Shown here piece by piece: positions 45,250-62,340 of a stretch of 64,000 nucleotides of DNA. Every line of letters begins with the position of its first letter. Position 1 is the stretch's first letter. The position numbers and the translations under genes are program-made. The stretch is taken from positions 31,930,001 to 31,994,000 of the forward strand of contig OZ024741.1 of NCBI GenBank assembly GCA_964016885.1, written 5' to 3'. The notes under the pieces were generated by a model. That model had not been told where the DNA came from. It saw nothing but the letters and a program-made list of their open reading frames with translations, and ran no database searches. Source of the DNA: Eledone cirrhosa. Taxonomy: Eukaryota.

Positions 45250-48200
45250 GTCAAGATACCTCACTCTGACAACATCACCAATATCGTCAAGATACCTCAC
45301 TCTGACAACATCACCAATATCGTCAAGATACCTCACTCTGACAACATAACCAGTATCGTCAAGATATCTCACTCTGACACCAACACCAGTATCGTCAAGA
45401 TACCTCACTCTGACAACATCACCAGTATCGTCAGGATACATAACTCTGACACCAACACCAGTATCGTCAAGATACCTCACCCTGACACCAACACCAGTAT
45501 CGTCAAGATACCTCACTCTGACACCAACACCAGTATCGTCAAGATACCTCACTCTGACACCAACACCAGTATCGTCAAGATACCTCACTCTGACACCAAC
45601 ACCAGTATCGTCAAGATACCTCACTCTGACAACATCACCAGTAACGTCAAGATACCTCACTCTGACACCAACACCAGTATCGTCAAGATACCTCACTCTG
45701 ACACCAACACCAGTATCGTCAAGATACCTCACTCTGACACCAACACCAGTATCGTCAAGATACCTCACTCTGACACCAACACCAGTATCGTCAAGATACC
45801 TCACCCTGACACCAACACCAGTATCGTCAAGATACCTCACTCTGACACCAACACCAGTATCGACAAGATACCTCACTCTGACAACATCACCAATATCGTC
45901 AAGATACCTCACTCTGACAACATCACCAATATCGTGAAGATACCTCACTCTGACACCAACACCAGTATCGTCAAGATACCTCACTCTGACACCAATACCA
46001 GTATCGTCAAGATACCTCACTCTGACACCAACACCAGTATCGTCAAGATACCTCACTCTGACACCAACACCAGTATCGTCAAGATACCTCACTCTGACAA
46101 CATCACCAGTATCGTCAAGATACCTCACCCTGACACCAACACCAGTATCGTCAAGATAACTCACTCTGACACCAACACCAGTATCGTCAAGATACCTCAC
46201 CCTGACACCAACACCAGTATCGTCAAGATACCTCACTCTGACACCAACACCAGTATCGTCAAGATACCTCACCCTGACACCAACACCAGTATCGTCAGGA
46301 TACCTCACCCTCACACCAACACCAGTATCATCAGGATACCTCACTCTGACACCAACCCCAGTATCGTCAAGATACATAACTCTGACACCAACACCAGTAT
46401 CGTCAAGATACCTCACTCTGACACCAACCCCAGTATCGTCAAGATACCTCACTCTGACACCAACACCAGTATCGTCAAGATACCTCACTCTGACACCAAC
46501 ACCAGTATCGTCAAGATACATAACTCTGACACCAACACCAGTATCGTCAAGATACCTCACTCTGACACCAACACCAGTATCGTCAAGATACCTCACTCTG
46601 ACAACATCACCAATATCGTCAAGATACCTCACTCTGACAACATCACCAATATCGTCAAGATACCTCACTCTGACAACATCACCAGTATCGTCAAGATATC
46701 TCACTCTGACACCAACACCAGTATCGTCAAGATACCTCACTCTGACAACATCACCAGTATCGTCAGGATACCTCACTCTGACACCAACACCAGTATCGTC
46801 AAGATACCTCACTCTGACAACATCACCAGTATCGTCAAGATATCTCACTCTGACACCAACACCAGTATCGTCAAGATACCTCACTCTGACAACATCACCA
46901 GTATCGTCAGGATACCTCACTCTGACACCAACACCAGTATCGTCAAGATACCTCACTCTGACAACATCACCAGTAACGTCAAGATACCTCACTCTGACAC
47001 CAACACCAGTATCGTCAAGATACCTCACTCTGACACCAACACCAGTATCGTCAAGATACCTCACTCTGACACCAACGCAAGTATCGTCAAGATACCTCAC
47101 TCTGACACCAACACCAGTATCGTAAAGATACCTCACCCTGACACCAACACCAGTATCGTCAAGATACCTCACCCTGACACCATCACCAGTATCGTCAAGA
47201 TACCTCACTCTGACACCAACACCAGTATCGTCAAGATACCTCACTCTGACACCAACACCAGTATCGTCAAGATACCTCACCCTGACACCAACACCAGTAT
47301 CGTCAAGATACCTCACTCTGACACCAACACCAGTATCGTCAAGATACCTCATCCTGACACCAACACCAGTATCGTCAAGATACCTCACTCTGACACCAAC
47401 ACCAGTATCGTCAAGATACCTCACCCTGACACCAACACCAGTATCGTCAACATACCTCACTCTGACACCAACCCCAGTATCGTCAAGATACCTCACTCTG
47501 ACACCAACACCAGCATCGTCAAGATACCTCACCCTGACACCAACACCAGTATCGTCAAGATACCTCACCCTGATACCATCACCAGTATCGTCAAGATACC
47601 TCACTCTGACACTAACACCAGTATCGTCAAGATACCTCACTCTGACACCAACACCAGTATCGTCAAGATACCTCACCCTGACACCAACACCAGTATCGTC
47701 AAGATACCTCACTCTGACACCAACACCAGTATCGTCAAGATACCTCACCCTGACACCAACACCAGTATCGTCAAGATACCTCACTCTGACAACATCACCA
47801 ATATCGTCAAGATACCTCACTCTGACACCAACCCCAGTATCGTCAAGATACCTCACTCTGACACCAACACCAGTATCGTCAAGATACCTCACTCTGACAC
47901 CAACACCAGTATCGTCAAGATACCTCACTCTGACAACATCTGCAGTATCGTCAAGATACCTCACTCTGACACCAACACCAGTATCGTCAAGATACCTCAC
48001 TCTGACAACATCACCAGTATCGTCAAGATACCTCACTCTGACACCAACACCAGTATCGTCAAGATACCTCACCCTGACACCAACACCAGTATCGTCAAGA
48101 TACCTCACTCTGACACCAACACCAGTATCGTCAAGATACCTCACTCTGACAACATCACCAATATCGTCAAGATACCTCACTCTGACAACATCACCAATAT

Positions 48201-51200
48201 CGTGAAGATACCTCACTCTGACACCAACACCAGTATCGTCAAGATACCTCACTCTGACACCAATACCAGTATCGTCAAGATACCTCACTCTGACACCAAC
48301 ACCAGTATCGTCAAGATACCTCACTCTGACACCAACACCAGTATCGTCAAGATACCTCACTCTGACAACATCACCAATATCGTCAAGATACCTCACTCTG
48401 ACAACATCACCAATATCGTCAAGATACCTCACTCTGACAACATAACCAGTATCGTCAAGATATCTCACTCTGACACCAACACCAGTATCGTCAAGATACC
48501 TCACTCTGACAACATCACCAGTATCGTCAGGATACATAACTCTGACACCAACACCAGTATCGTCAAGATACCTCACCCTGACACCAACACCAGTATCGTC
48601 AAGATACCTCACTCTGACACCAACACCAGTATCGTCAAGATACCTCACTCTGACACCAACACCAGTATCGTCAAGATACCTCACTCTGACACCAACACCA
48701 GTATCGTCAAGATACCTCACTCTGACAACATCACCAGTAACGTCAAGATACCTCACTCTGACACCAACACCAGTATCGTCAAGATACCTCACTCTGACAC
48801 CAACACCAGTATCGTCAAGATACCTCACTCTGACACCAACACCAGTATCGTCAAGATACCTCACTCTGACACCAACACCAGTATCGTCAAGATACCTCAC
48901 CCTGACACCAACACCAGTATCGTCAAGATACCTCACTCTGACACCAACACCAGTATCGACAAGATACCTCACTCTGACAACATCACCAATATCGTCAAGA
49001 TACCTCACTCTGACAACATCACCAATATCGTGAAGATACCTCACTCTGACACCAACACCAGTATCGTCAAGATACCTCACTCTGACACCAATACCAGTAT
49101 CGTCAAGATACCTCACTCTGACACCAACACCAGTATCGTCAAGATACCTCACTCTGACACCAACACCAGTATCGTCAAGATACCTCACTCTGACAACATC
49201 ACCAGTATCGTCAAGATACCTCACCCTGACACCAACACCAGTATCGTCAAGATAACTCACTCTGACACCAACACCAGTATCGTCAAGATACCTCACCCTG
49301 ACACCAACACCAGTATCGTCAAGATACCTCACTCTGACACCAACACCAGTATCGTCAAGATACCTCACCCTGACACCAACACCAGTATCGTCAGGATACC
49401 TCACCCTCACACCAACACCAGTATCATCAGGATACCTCACTCTGACACCAACCCCAGTATCGTCAAGATACATAACTCTGACACCAACACCAGTATCGTC
49501 AAGATACCTCACTCTGACACCAACCCCAGTATCGTCAAGATACCTCACTCTGACACCAACACCAGTATCGTCAAGATACCTCACTCTGACACCAACACCA
49601 GTATCGTCAAGATACATAACTCTGACACCAACACCAGTATCGTCAAGATACCTCACTCTGACACCAACACCAGTATCGTCAAGATACCTCACTCTGACAA
49701 CATCACCAATATCGTCAAGATACCTCACTCTGACAACATCACCAATATCGTCAAGATACCTCACTCTGACAACATCACCAGTATCGTCAAGATATCTCAC
49801 TCTGACACCAACACCAGTATCGTCAAGATACCTCACTCTGACAACATCACCAGTATCGTCAGGATACCTCACTCTGACACCAACACCAGTATCGTCAAGA
49901 TACCTCACTCTGACAACATCACCAGTATCGTCAAGATATCTCACTCTGACACCAACACCAGTATCGTCAAGATACCTCACTCTGACAACATCACCAGTAT
50001 CGTCAGGATACCTCACTCTGACACCAACACCAGTATCGTCAAGATACCTCACTCTGACAACATCACCAGTAACGTCAAGATACCTCACTCTGACACCAAC
50101 ACCAGTATCGTCAAGATACCTCACTCTGACACCAACACCAGTATCGTCAAGATACCTCACTCTGACACCAACGCAAGTATCGTCAAGATACCTCACTCTG
50201 ACACCAACACCAGTATCGTAAAGATACCTCACCCTGACACCAACACCAGTATCGTCAAGATACCTCACCCTGACACCATCACCAGTATCGTCAAGATACC
50301 TCACTCTGACACCAACACCAGTATCGTCAAGATACCTCACTCTGACACCAACACCAGTATCGTCAAGATACCTCACCCTGACACCAACACCAGTATCGTC
50401 AAGATACCTCACTCTGACACCAACACCAGTATCGTCAAGATACCTCATCCTGACACCAACACCAGTATCGTCAAGATACCTCACTCTGACACCAACACCA
50501 GTATCGTCAAGATACCTCACCCTGACACCAACACCAGTATCGTCAACATACCTCACTCTGACACCAACCCCAGTATCGTCAAGATACCTCACTCTGACAC
50601 CAACACCAGCATCGTCAAGATACCTCACCCTGACACCAACACCAGTATCGTCAAGATACCTCACCCTGATACCATCACCAGTATCGTCAAGATACCTCAC
50701 TCTGACACTAACACCAGTATCGTCAAGATACCTCACTCTGACACCAACACCAGTATCGTCAAGATACCTCACCCTGACACCAACACCAGTATCGTCAAGA
50801 TACCTCACTCTGACACCAACACCAGTATCGTCAAGATACCTCACCCTGACACCAACACCAGTATCGTCAAGATACCTCACTCTGACAACATCACCAATAT
50901 CGTCAAGATACCTCACTCTGACACCAACCCCAGTATCGTCAAGATACCTCACTCTGACACCAACACCAGTATCGTCAAGATACCTCACTCTGACACCAAC
51001 ACCAGTATCGTCAAGATACCTCACTCTGACAACATCTGCAGTATCGTCAAGATACCTCACTCTGACACCAACACCAGTATCGTCAAGATACCTCACTCTG
51101 ACAACATCACCAGTATCGTCAAGATACCTCACTCTGACACCAACACCAGTATCGTCAAGATACCTCACCCTGACACCAACACCAGTATCGTCAAGATACC

Positions 51201-51440
51201 TCACTCTGACACCAACACCAGTATCGTCAAGATACCTCACTCTGACAACATCACCAATATCGTCAAGATACCTCACTCTGACAACATCACCAATATCGTG
51301 AAGATACCTCACTCTGACACCAACACCAGTATCGTCAAGATACCTCACTCTGACACCAATACCAGTATCGTCAAGATACCTCACTCTGACACCAACACCA
51401 GTATCGTCAAGATACCTCACTCTGACACCAACACCAGTAT
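45250..51440. repeat. Higher-order tandem duplication, period 3096 bp (86 units)
   Basis: CATAACC 45345/48441, CGACAAG 45861/48957, GCAAGT 47077/50173, TGCAGT 47941/51037. Confidence 0.9.
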
Positions 51441-54400
51441 CGTCAAGATACCTCACTCTGACAACATCACCAGTATCGTCAAGATACCTCACCCTGACAC
51501 CAACACCAGTATCGTCAAGATAACTCACTCTGACACCAACACCAGTATCGTCAAGATACCTCACCCTGACACCAACACCAGTATCGTCAAGATACCTCAC
51601 TCTGACACCAACACCAGTATCGTCAAGATACCTCACCCTGACACCAACACCAGTATCGTCAGGATACCTCACCCTCACACCAACACCAGTATCGTCAGGA
51701 TACCTCACTCTGACACCAACCCCAGTATCGTCAAGATACATAACTCTGACACCAACACCAGTATCGTCAAGATACCTCACTCTGACACCAACCCCAGTAT
51801 CGTCAAGATACCTCACTCTGACACCAACACCAGTATCGTCAAGATACCTCACTCTGACACCAACACCAGTATCGTCAAGATACATAACTCTGACACCAAC
51901 ACCAGTATCGTCAAGATACCTCACTCTGACACCAACACCAGTATCGTCAAGATACCTCACTCTGACAAAATCACCAATATCGTCAAGATACCTCACTCTG
52001 ACAACATCACCAATATCGTCAAGATACCTCACTCTGACAACATCACCAGTATCGTCAAGATATCTCACTCTGACACCAACACCAGTATCGTTAAGATACC
52101 TCACTCTGACAACATCACCAGTATGGTCAGGATACCTCACTCTGACACCAACACCAGTATCGTCAAGATACCTCACTCTGACAACATCACCAGTATCGTC
52201 AAGATATCTCACTCTGACACCAACACCAGTATCGTCAAGATACCTCACTCTGACAACGTCACCAGTATCGTCAGGATACCTCACTCTGACACCAACACCA
52301 GTATCGTCAAGATACCTCACTCTGACAACATCACCAGTAACGTCAAGATACCTCACTCTGACACCAACACCAGTATCGTCAAGATACCTCACCCTGACAC
52401 CAACACCAGTATCGTCAAGATACCTCACTCTGACACCAACCCCAGTATCGTCAAGATACCTCACTCTGACACCAACACCAGTACCGTCAAGATACCTCAC
52501 TCTGACACCAACGCCAGTATCGTCAAGATACCTCACTCTGACACCAACACCAGTATCGTAAAGATACCTCGCCCTGACACCAACACCAGTATCGTCAAGA
52601 TACCTCACCCTGACAACATCACCAGTATCGTCAAGATACCTCACTCTGACACCAACACCAGTATCGTCAAGATACCTCACTCTGACACCAACACCAGTAT
52701 CGTCAAGATACCTCACCCTGACACCAACACCAGTATCGTCAAGATACCTCACTCTGACACCAACACCAGTATCGTCAAGATACCTCATCCTGACACCAAC
52801 ACCAGTATCGTCAAGATACCTCACTCTGACACCAACACCAGTATCGTCAAGATACCTCACTCTGACACCAACACCAGTATCGTCAAGATACCTCACTCTG
52901 ACAACATCACCAGTATCGTCAAGATACCTCACTCTGACACCAACACCAGTATCGTCAAGATACCTCACCCTGACACCAACACCAGTATCGTCAAGATACC
53001 TCACTCTGACACCAACACCAGTATCGTCAAGATACCTCACTCTGACAACATCACCAATATCGTCAAGATACCTCACTCTGACAACATCACCAATATCGTG
53101 AAGATACCTCACTCTGACACCAACACCAGTATCGTCAAGATACCTCACTCTGACACCAATACCAGTATCGTCAAGATACCTCACTCTGACACCAACACCA
53201 GTATCGTCAAGATACCTCACTCTGACACCAACACCAGTATCGTCAAGATACCTCACTCTGACACCAATACCAGTATCGTCAAGATACCTCACTCTGACAC
53301 CAACACCAGTATCGTCAAGATACCTCACTCTGACACCAACACCAGTATCGTCAAGATACCTCACTCTGACAACATCACCAGTATCGTCAAGATACCTCAC
53401 CCTGACACCAACACCAGTATCGTCAAGATAACTCACTCTGACACCAACACCAGTATCGTCAAGATACCTCACCCTGACACCAACACCAGTATCGTCAAGA
53501 TACCTCACTCTGACACCAACACCAGTATCGTCAAGATACCTCACCCTGACACCAACACCAGTATCGTCAGGATACCTCACCCTCACACCAACACCAGTAT
53601 CATCAGGATACCTCACTCTGACACCAACCCCAGTATCGTCAAGATACATAACTCTGACACCAACACCAGTATCGTCAAGATACCTCACTCTGACACCAAC
53701 CCCAGTATCGTCAAGATACCTCACTCTGACACCAACACCAGTATCGTCAAGATACCTCACTCTGACACCAACACCAGTATCGTCAAGATACATAACTCTG
53801 ACACCAACACCAGTATCGTCAAGATACCTCACTCTGACACCAACACCAGTATCGTCAAGATACCTCACTCTGACAACATCACCAATATCGTCAAGATACC
53901 TCACTCTGACAACATCACCAATATCGTCAAGATACCTCACTCTGACAACATCACCAGTATCGTCAAGATATCTCACTCTGACACCAACACCAGTATCGTC
54001 AAGATACCTCACTCTGACAACATCACCAGTATCGTCAGGATACCTCACTCTGACACCAACACCAGTATCGTCAAGATACCTCACTCTGACAACATCACCA
54101 GTATCGTCAAGATATCTCACTCTGACACCAACACCAGTATCGTCAAGATACCTCACTCTGACAACATCACCAGTATCGTCAGGATACCTCACTCTGACAC
54201 CAACACCAGTATCGTCAAGATACCTCACTCTGACAACATCACCAGTAACGTCAAGATACCTCACTCTGACACCAACACCAGTATCGTCAAGATACCTCAC
54301 TCTGACACCAACACCAGTATCGTCAAGATACCTCACTCTGACACCAACGCAAGTATCGTCAAGATACCTCACTCTGACACCAACACCAGTATCGTAAAGA

Positions 54401-57040
54401 TACCTCACCCTGACACCAACACCAGTATCGTCAAGATACCTCACCCTGACACCATCACCAGTATCGTCAAGATACCTCACTCTGACACCAACACCAGTAT
54501 CGTCAAGATACCTCACTCTGACACCAACACCAGTATCGTCAAGATACCTCACCCTGACACCAACACCAGTATCGTCAAGATACCTCACTCTGACACCAAC
54601 ACCAGTATCGTCAAGATACCTCATCCTGACACCAACACCAGTATCGTCAAGATACCTCACTCTGACACCAACACCAGTATCGTCAAGATACCTCACCCTG
54701 ACACCAACACCAGTATCGTCAACATACCTCACTCTGACACCAACCCCAGTATCGTCAAGATACCTCACTCTGACACCAACACCAGCATCGTCAAGATACC
54801 TCACCCTGACACCAACACCAGTATCGTCAAGATACCTCACCCTGATACCATCACCAGTATCGTCAAGATACCTCACTCTGACACTAACACCAGTATCGTC
54901 AAGATACCTCACTCTGACACCAACACCAGTATCGTCAAGATACCTCACCCTGACACCAACACCAGTATCGTCAAGATACCTCACTCTGACACCAACACCA
55001 GTATCGTCAAGATACCTCACCCTGACACCAACACCAGTATCGTCAAGATACCTCACTCTGACAACATCACCAATATCGTCAAGATACCTCACTCTGACAC
55101 CAACCCCAGTATCGTCAAGATACCTCACTCTGACACCAACACCAGTATCGTCAAGATACCTCACTCTGACACCAACACCAGTATCGTCAAGATACCTCAC
55201 TCTGACAACATCTGCAGTATCGTCAAGATACCTCACTCTGACACCAACACCAGTATCGTCAAGATACCTCACTCTGACAACATCACCAGTATCGTCAAGA
55301 TACCTCACTCTGACACCAACACCAGTATCGTCAAGATACCTCACCCTGACACCAACACCAGTATCGTCAAGATACCTCACTCTGACACCAACACCAGTAT
55401 CGTCAAGATACCTCACTCTGACAACATCACCAATATCGTCAAGATACCTCACTCTGACAACATCACCAATATCGTGAAGATACCTCACTCTGACACCAAC
55501 ACCAGTATCGTCAAGATACCTCACTCTGACACCAATACCAGTATCGTCAAGATACCTCACTCTGACACCAACACCAGTATCGTCAAGATACCTCACTCTG
55601 ACACCAACACCAGTATCGTCAAGATACCTCACTCTGACAACATCACCAGTATCGTCAAGATACCTCACCCTGACACCAACACCAGTATCGTCAAGATAAC
55701 TCACTCTGACACCAACACCAGTATCGTCAAGATACCTCACCCTGACACCAACACCAGTATCGTCAAGATACCTCACTCTGACACCAACACCAGTATCGTC
55801 AAGATACCTCACCCTGACACCAACACCAGTATCGTCAGGATACCTCACCCTCACACCAACACCAGTATCGTCAGGATACCTCACTCTGACACCAACCCCA
55901 GTATCGTCAAGATACATAACTCTGACACCAACACCAGTATCGTCAAGATACCTCACTCTGACACCAACCCCAGTATCGTCAAGATACCTCACTCTGACAC
56001 CAACACCAGTATCGTCAAGATACCTCACTCTGACACCAACACCAGTATCGTCAAGATACATAACTCTGACACCAACACCAGTATCGTCAAGATACCTCAC
56101 TCTGACACCAACACCAGTATCGTCAAGATACCTCACTCTGACAAAATCACCAATATCGTCAAGATACCTCACTCTGACAACATCACCAATATCGTCAAGA
56201 TACCTCACTCTGACAACATCACCAGTATCGTCAAGATATCTCACTCTGACACCAACACCAGTATCGTTAAGATACCTCACTCTGACAACATCACCAGTAT
56301 GGTCAGGATACCTCACTCTGACACCAACACCAGTATCGTCAAGATACCTCACTCTGACAACATCACCAGTATCGTCAAGATATCTCACTCTGACACCAAC
56401 ACCAGTATCGTCAAGATACCTCACTCTGACAACATCACCAGTATCGTCAGGATACCTCACTCTGACACCAACACCAGTATCGTCAAGATACCTCACTCTG
56501 ACAACATCACCAGTAACGTCAAGATACCTCACTCTGACACCAACACCAGTATCGTCAAGATACCTCACCCTGACACCAACACCAGTATCGTCAAGATACC
56601 TCACTCTGACACCAACCCCAGTATCGTCAAGATACCTCACTCTGACACCAACACCAGTACCGTCAAGATACCTCACTCTGACACCAACGCCAGTATCGTC
56701 AAGATACCTCACTCTGACACCAACACCAGTATCGTAAAGATACCTCGCCCTGACACCAACACCAGTATCGTCAAGATACCTCACCCTGACAACATCACCA
56801 GTATCGTCAAGATACCTCACTCTGACACCAACACCAGTATCGTCAAGATACCTCACTCTGACACCAACACCAGTATCGTCAAGATACCTCACCCTGACAC
56901 CAACACCAGTATCGTCAAGATACCTCACTCTGACACCAACACCAGTATCGTCAAGAAACCTCATCCTGACACCAACACCAGTATCGTCAAGATACCTCAC
57001 TCTGACACCAACACCAGTATCGTCAAGATACCTCACTCTG
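49050..57040. repeat. Higher-order tandem duplication, period 4176 bp (116 units), overlapping the 3096-bp one
   Basis: GCAAGT 50173/54349, TGCAGT 51037/55213, and the GACAAAATC and ATGGTC variants near 51965/56141 and 52123/56299. Confidence 0.88.
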
Positions 57041-57799
57041 ACTACCAACACCAGTATCGTCAAGATACCTCACTCTGACAACATCACCAGTATCGTCAAG
57101 ATACCTCACTCTGACACCAACACCAGTATCGTCAAGATACCTCACCCTGACACCAACACCAGTATCGTCAAGATACCTCACTCTGACACCAACACCAGTA
57201 TCGTCAAGATACCTCACTCTGACAACATCACCAATATCGTCAAGATACCTCACTCTGACAACATCACCAATATCGTGAAGATACCTCACTCTGACACCAA
57301 CACCAGTATCGTCAAGATACCTCACTCTGACACCAATACCAGTATCGTCAAGATACCTCACTCTGACACCAACACCAGTATCGTCAAGATACCTCACTCT
57401 GACACCAACACCAGTATCGTCAAGATACCTCACTCTGACAACATCACCAGTATCGTCAAGATACCTCACCCTGACACCAACACCAGTATCGTCAAGATAA
57501 CTCACTCTGACACCAACACCAGTATCGTCAAGATACCTCACCCTGACACCAACACCAGTATCGTCAAGATACCTCACTCTGACACCAACACCAGTATCGT
57601 CAAGATACCTCACCCTGACACTAACACCAGTATCGTCAGGATACCTCACCCTCACACCAACACCAGTATCGTCAGGATACCTCACTCTGACACCAACCCC
57701 AGTATCGTCAAGATACATAACTCTGACACCAACACCAGTATCGTCAAGATACCTCACTCTGACACCAACCCCAGTATCGTCAAGATACCTCACTCTGAC

Positions 57800-60700
57800 A
57801 CCAACGCCAGTATCGTCAAGATACCTCACTCTGACACCAACACCAGTATCGTAAAGATACCTCGCCCTGACCCCAACACCAGTATCGTCAAGATACCTCA
57901 CCCTGACACCATCACCAGTATCGTCAAGATACCTCACTGTGACACCAACACCAGTATCGTCAAGATACCTCACTCTGACACCAACACCAGTATCGTCAAG
58001 ATACCTCACCCTGACACCAACACCAGTATCGTCAAGATACCTCACTCTGACACCAACACCAGTATCGTCAATATACCTCATCCTGACACCAACACCAGTA
58101 TCGTCAAGATACCTCACTCTGACACCAACACCAGTATCGTCAAGATACCTCACTCTGACACCAACACCAGTATCGTCAAGATACCTCACTCTGACAACAT
58201 CACCAGTATCGTCAAGATACCTCACTCTGACACCAACACCAGTATCGTCAAGATACCTCACCCTGACACCAACACCAGTATCGTCAAGATACCTCACTCT
58301 GACACCAACACCAGTATCGTCAAGATACCTCACTCTGACAACATCACCAATATCGTCAAGATACCTCACTCTGACAACATCACCAATATCGTGAAGATAC
58401 CTCACTCTGACACCAACACCAGTATCGTCAAGATACCTCACTCTGACACCAATACCAGTATCGTCAAGATACCTCACTCTGACACCAACACCAGTATCGT
58501 CAAGATACCTCACTCTGACACCAACACCAGTATCGTCAAGATACCTCACTCTGACAACATCACCAGTATCGTCAAGATACCTCACCCTGACACCAACACC
58601 AGTATCGTCAAGATAACTCACTCTGACACCAACACCAGTATCGTCAAGATACCTCACCCTGACACCAACACCAGTATCGTCAAGATACCTCACTCTGACA
58701 CCAACACCAGTATCGTCAAGATACCTCACCCTGACACCAACACCAGTATCGTCAGGATACCTCACCCTCACACCAACACCAGTATCGTCAGGATACCTCA
58801 CTCTGACACCAACCCCAGTATCGTCAAGATACATAACTCTGACACCAACACCAGTATCGTCAAGATACCTCACTCTGACACCAACCCCAGTATCGTCAAG
58901 ATACCTCACTCTGACACCAACACCAGTATCGTCAAGATACCTCACTCTGACACCAACACCAGTATCGTCAAGATACATAACTCTGACACCAACACCAGTA
59001 TCGTCAAGATACCTCACTCTGACACCAACACCAGTATCGTCAAGATACCTCACTCTGACAACATCACCAATATCGTCAAGATACCTCACTCTGACAACAT
59101 CACCAATATCGTCAAGATACCTCACTCTGACAACATCACCAGTATCGTCAAGATATCTCACTCTGACACCAACACCAGTATCGTCAAGATACCTCACTCT
59201 GACAACATCACCAGTATCGTCAGGATACCTCACTCTGACACCAACACCAGTATCGTCAAGATACCTCACTCTGACAACATCACCAGTATCGTCAAGATAT
59301 CTCACTCTGACACCAACACCAGTATCGTCAAGATACCTCACTCTGACAACATCACCAGTATCGTCAGGATACCTCACTCTGACACCAACACCAGTATCGT
59401 CAAGATACCTCACTCTGACAACATCACCAGTAACGTCAAGATACCTCACTCTGACACCAACACCAGTATCGTCAAGATACCTCACTCTGACACCAACACC
59501 AGTATCGTCAAGATACCTCACTCTGACACCAACGCCAGTATCGTCAAGATACCTCACTCTGACACCAACACCAGTATCGTAAAGATACCTCACCCTGACA
59601 CCAACACCAGTATCGTCAAGATACCTCACCCTGACACCATCACCAGTATCGTCAAGATACCTCACTCTGACACCAACACCAGTATCGTCAAGATACCTCA
59701 CTCTGACACCAACACCAGTATCGTCAAGATACCTCACCCTGACACCAACACCAGTATCGTCAAGATACCTCACTCTGACACCAACACCAGTATCGTCAAG
59801 ATACCTCATCCTGACACCAACACCAGTATCGTCAAGATACCTCACTCTGACACCAACACCAGTATCGTCAAGATACCTCACCCTGACACCAACACCAGTA
59901 TCGTCAACATACCTCACTCTGACACCAACCCCAGTATCGTCAAGATACCTCACTCTGACACCAACACCAGCATCGTCAAGATACCTCACCCTGACACCAA
60001 CACCAGTATCGTCAAGATACCTCACCCTGATACCATCACCAGTATCGTCAAGATACCTCACTCTGACACTAACGCCAGTATCGTCAAGATACCTCACTCT
60101 GACACCAACACCAGTATCGTAAAGATACCTCGCCCTGACCCCAACACCAGTATCGTCAAGATACCTCACCCTGACACCATCACCAGTATCGTCAAGATAC
60201 CTCACTGTGACACCAACACCAGTATCGTCAAGATACCTCACTCTGACACCAACACCAGTATCGTCAAGATACCTCACCCTGACACCAACACCAGTATCGT
60301 CAAGATACCTCACTCTGACACCAACACCAGTATCGTCAATATACCTCATCCTGACACCAACACCAGTATCGTCAAGATACCTCACTCTGACACCAACACC
60401 AGTATCGTCAAGATACCTCACTCTGACACCAACACCAGTATCGTCAAGATACCTCACTCTGACAACATCACCAGTATCGTCAAGATACCTCACTCTGACA
60501 CCAACACCAGTATCGTCAAGATACCTCACCCTGACACCAACACCAGTATCGTCAAGATACCTCACTCTGACACCAACACCAGTATCGTCAAGATACCTCA
60601 CTCTGACAACATCACCAATATCGTCAAGATACCTCACTCTGACAACATCACCAATATCGTGAAGATACCTCACTCTGACACCAACACCAGTATCGTCAAG

Positions 60701-62340
60701 ATACCTCACTCTGACACCAATACCAGTATCGTCAAGATACCTCACTCTGACACCAACACCAGTATCGTCAAGATACCTCACTCTGACACCAACACCAGTA
60801 TCGTCAAGATACCTCACTCTGACAACATCACCAGTATCGTCAAGATACCTCACCCTGACACCAACACCAGTATCGTCAAGATAACTCACTCTGACACCAA
60901 CACCAGTATCGTCAAGATACCTCACCCTGACACCAACACCAGTATCGTCAAGATACCTCACTCTGACACCAACACCAGTATCGTCAAGATACCTCACCCT
61001 GACACCAACACCAGTATCGTCAGGATACCTCACCCTCACACCAACACCAGTATCGTCAGGATACCTCACTCTGACACCAACCCCAGTATCGTCAAGATAC
61101 ATAACTCTGACACCAACACCAGTATCGTCAAGATACCTCACTCTGACACCAACCCCAGTATCGTCAAGATACCTCACTCTGACACCAACACCAGTATCGT
61201 CAAGATACCTCACTCTGACACCAACACCAGTATCGTCAAGATACATAACTCTGACACCAACACCAGTATCGTCAAGATACCTCACTCTGACACCAACACC
61301 AGTATCGTCAAGATACCTCACTCTGACAACATCACCAATATCGTCAAGATACCTCACTCTGACAACATCACCAATATCGTCAAGATACCTCACTCTGACA
61401 ACATCACCAGTATCGTCAAGATATCTCACTCTGACACCAACACCAGTATCGTCAAGATACCTCACTCTGACAACATCACCAGTATCGTCAGGATACCTCA
61501 CTCTGACACCAACACCAGTATCGTCAAGATACCTCACTCTGACAACATCACCAGTATCGTCAAGATATCTCACTCTGACACCAACACCAGTATCGTCAAG
61601 ATACCTCACTCTGACAACATCACCAGTATCGTCAGGATACCTCACTCTGACACCAACACCAGTATCGTCAAGATACCTCACTCTGACAACATCACCAGTA
61701 ACGTCAAGATACCTCACTCTGACACCAACACCAGTATCGTCAAGATACCTCACTCTGACACCAACACCAGTATCGTCAAGATACCTCACTCTGACACCAA
61801 CGCCAGTATCGTCAAGATACCTCACTCTGACACCAACACCAGTATCGTAAAGATACCTCACCCTGACACCAACACCAGTATCGTCAAGATACCTCACCCT
61901 GACACCATCACCAGTATCGTCAAGATACCTCACTCTGACACCAACACCAGTATCGTCAAGATACCTCACTCTGACACCAACACCAGTATCGTCAAGATAC
62001 CTCACCCTGACACCAACACCAGTATCGTCAAGATACCTCACTCTGACACCAACACCAGTATCGTCAAGATACCTCATCCTGACACCAACACCAGTATCGT
62101 CAAGATACCTCACTCTGACACCAACACCAGTATCGTCAAGATACCTCACCCTGACACCAACACCAGTATCGTCAACATACCTCACTCTGACACCAACCCC
62201 AGTATCGTCAAGATACCTCACTCTGACACCAACACCAGCATCGTCAAGATACCTCACCCTGACACCAACACCAGTATCGTCAAGATACCTCACCCTGATA
62301 CCATCACCAGTATCGTCAAGATACCTCACTCTGACACTAA
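57800..62340. repeat. Higher-order tandem duplication, period 2268 bp (63 units)
   Basis: Identical 151-aa ORF translations at 57939 and 60207 (CTGTGAC variant); GTGAAG at 58391 and 60659; the CGCCCTGACCCC and GTCAATATA variants are repeated. Confidence 0.9.
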
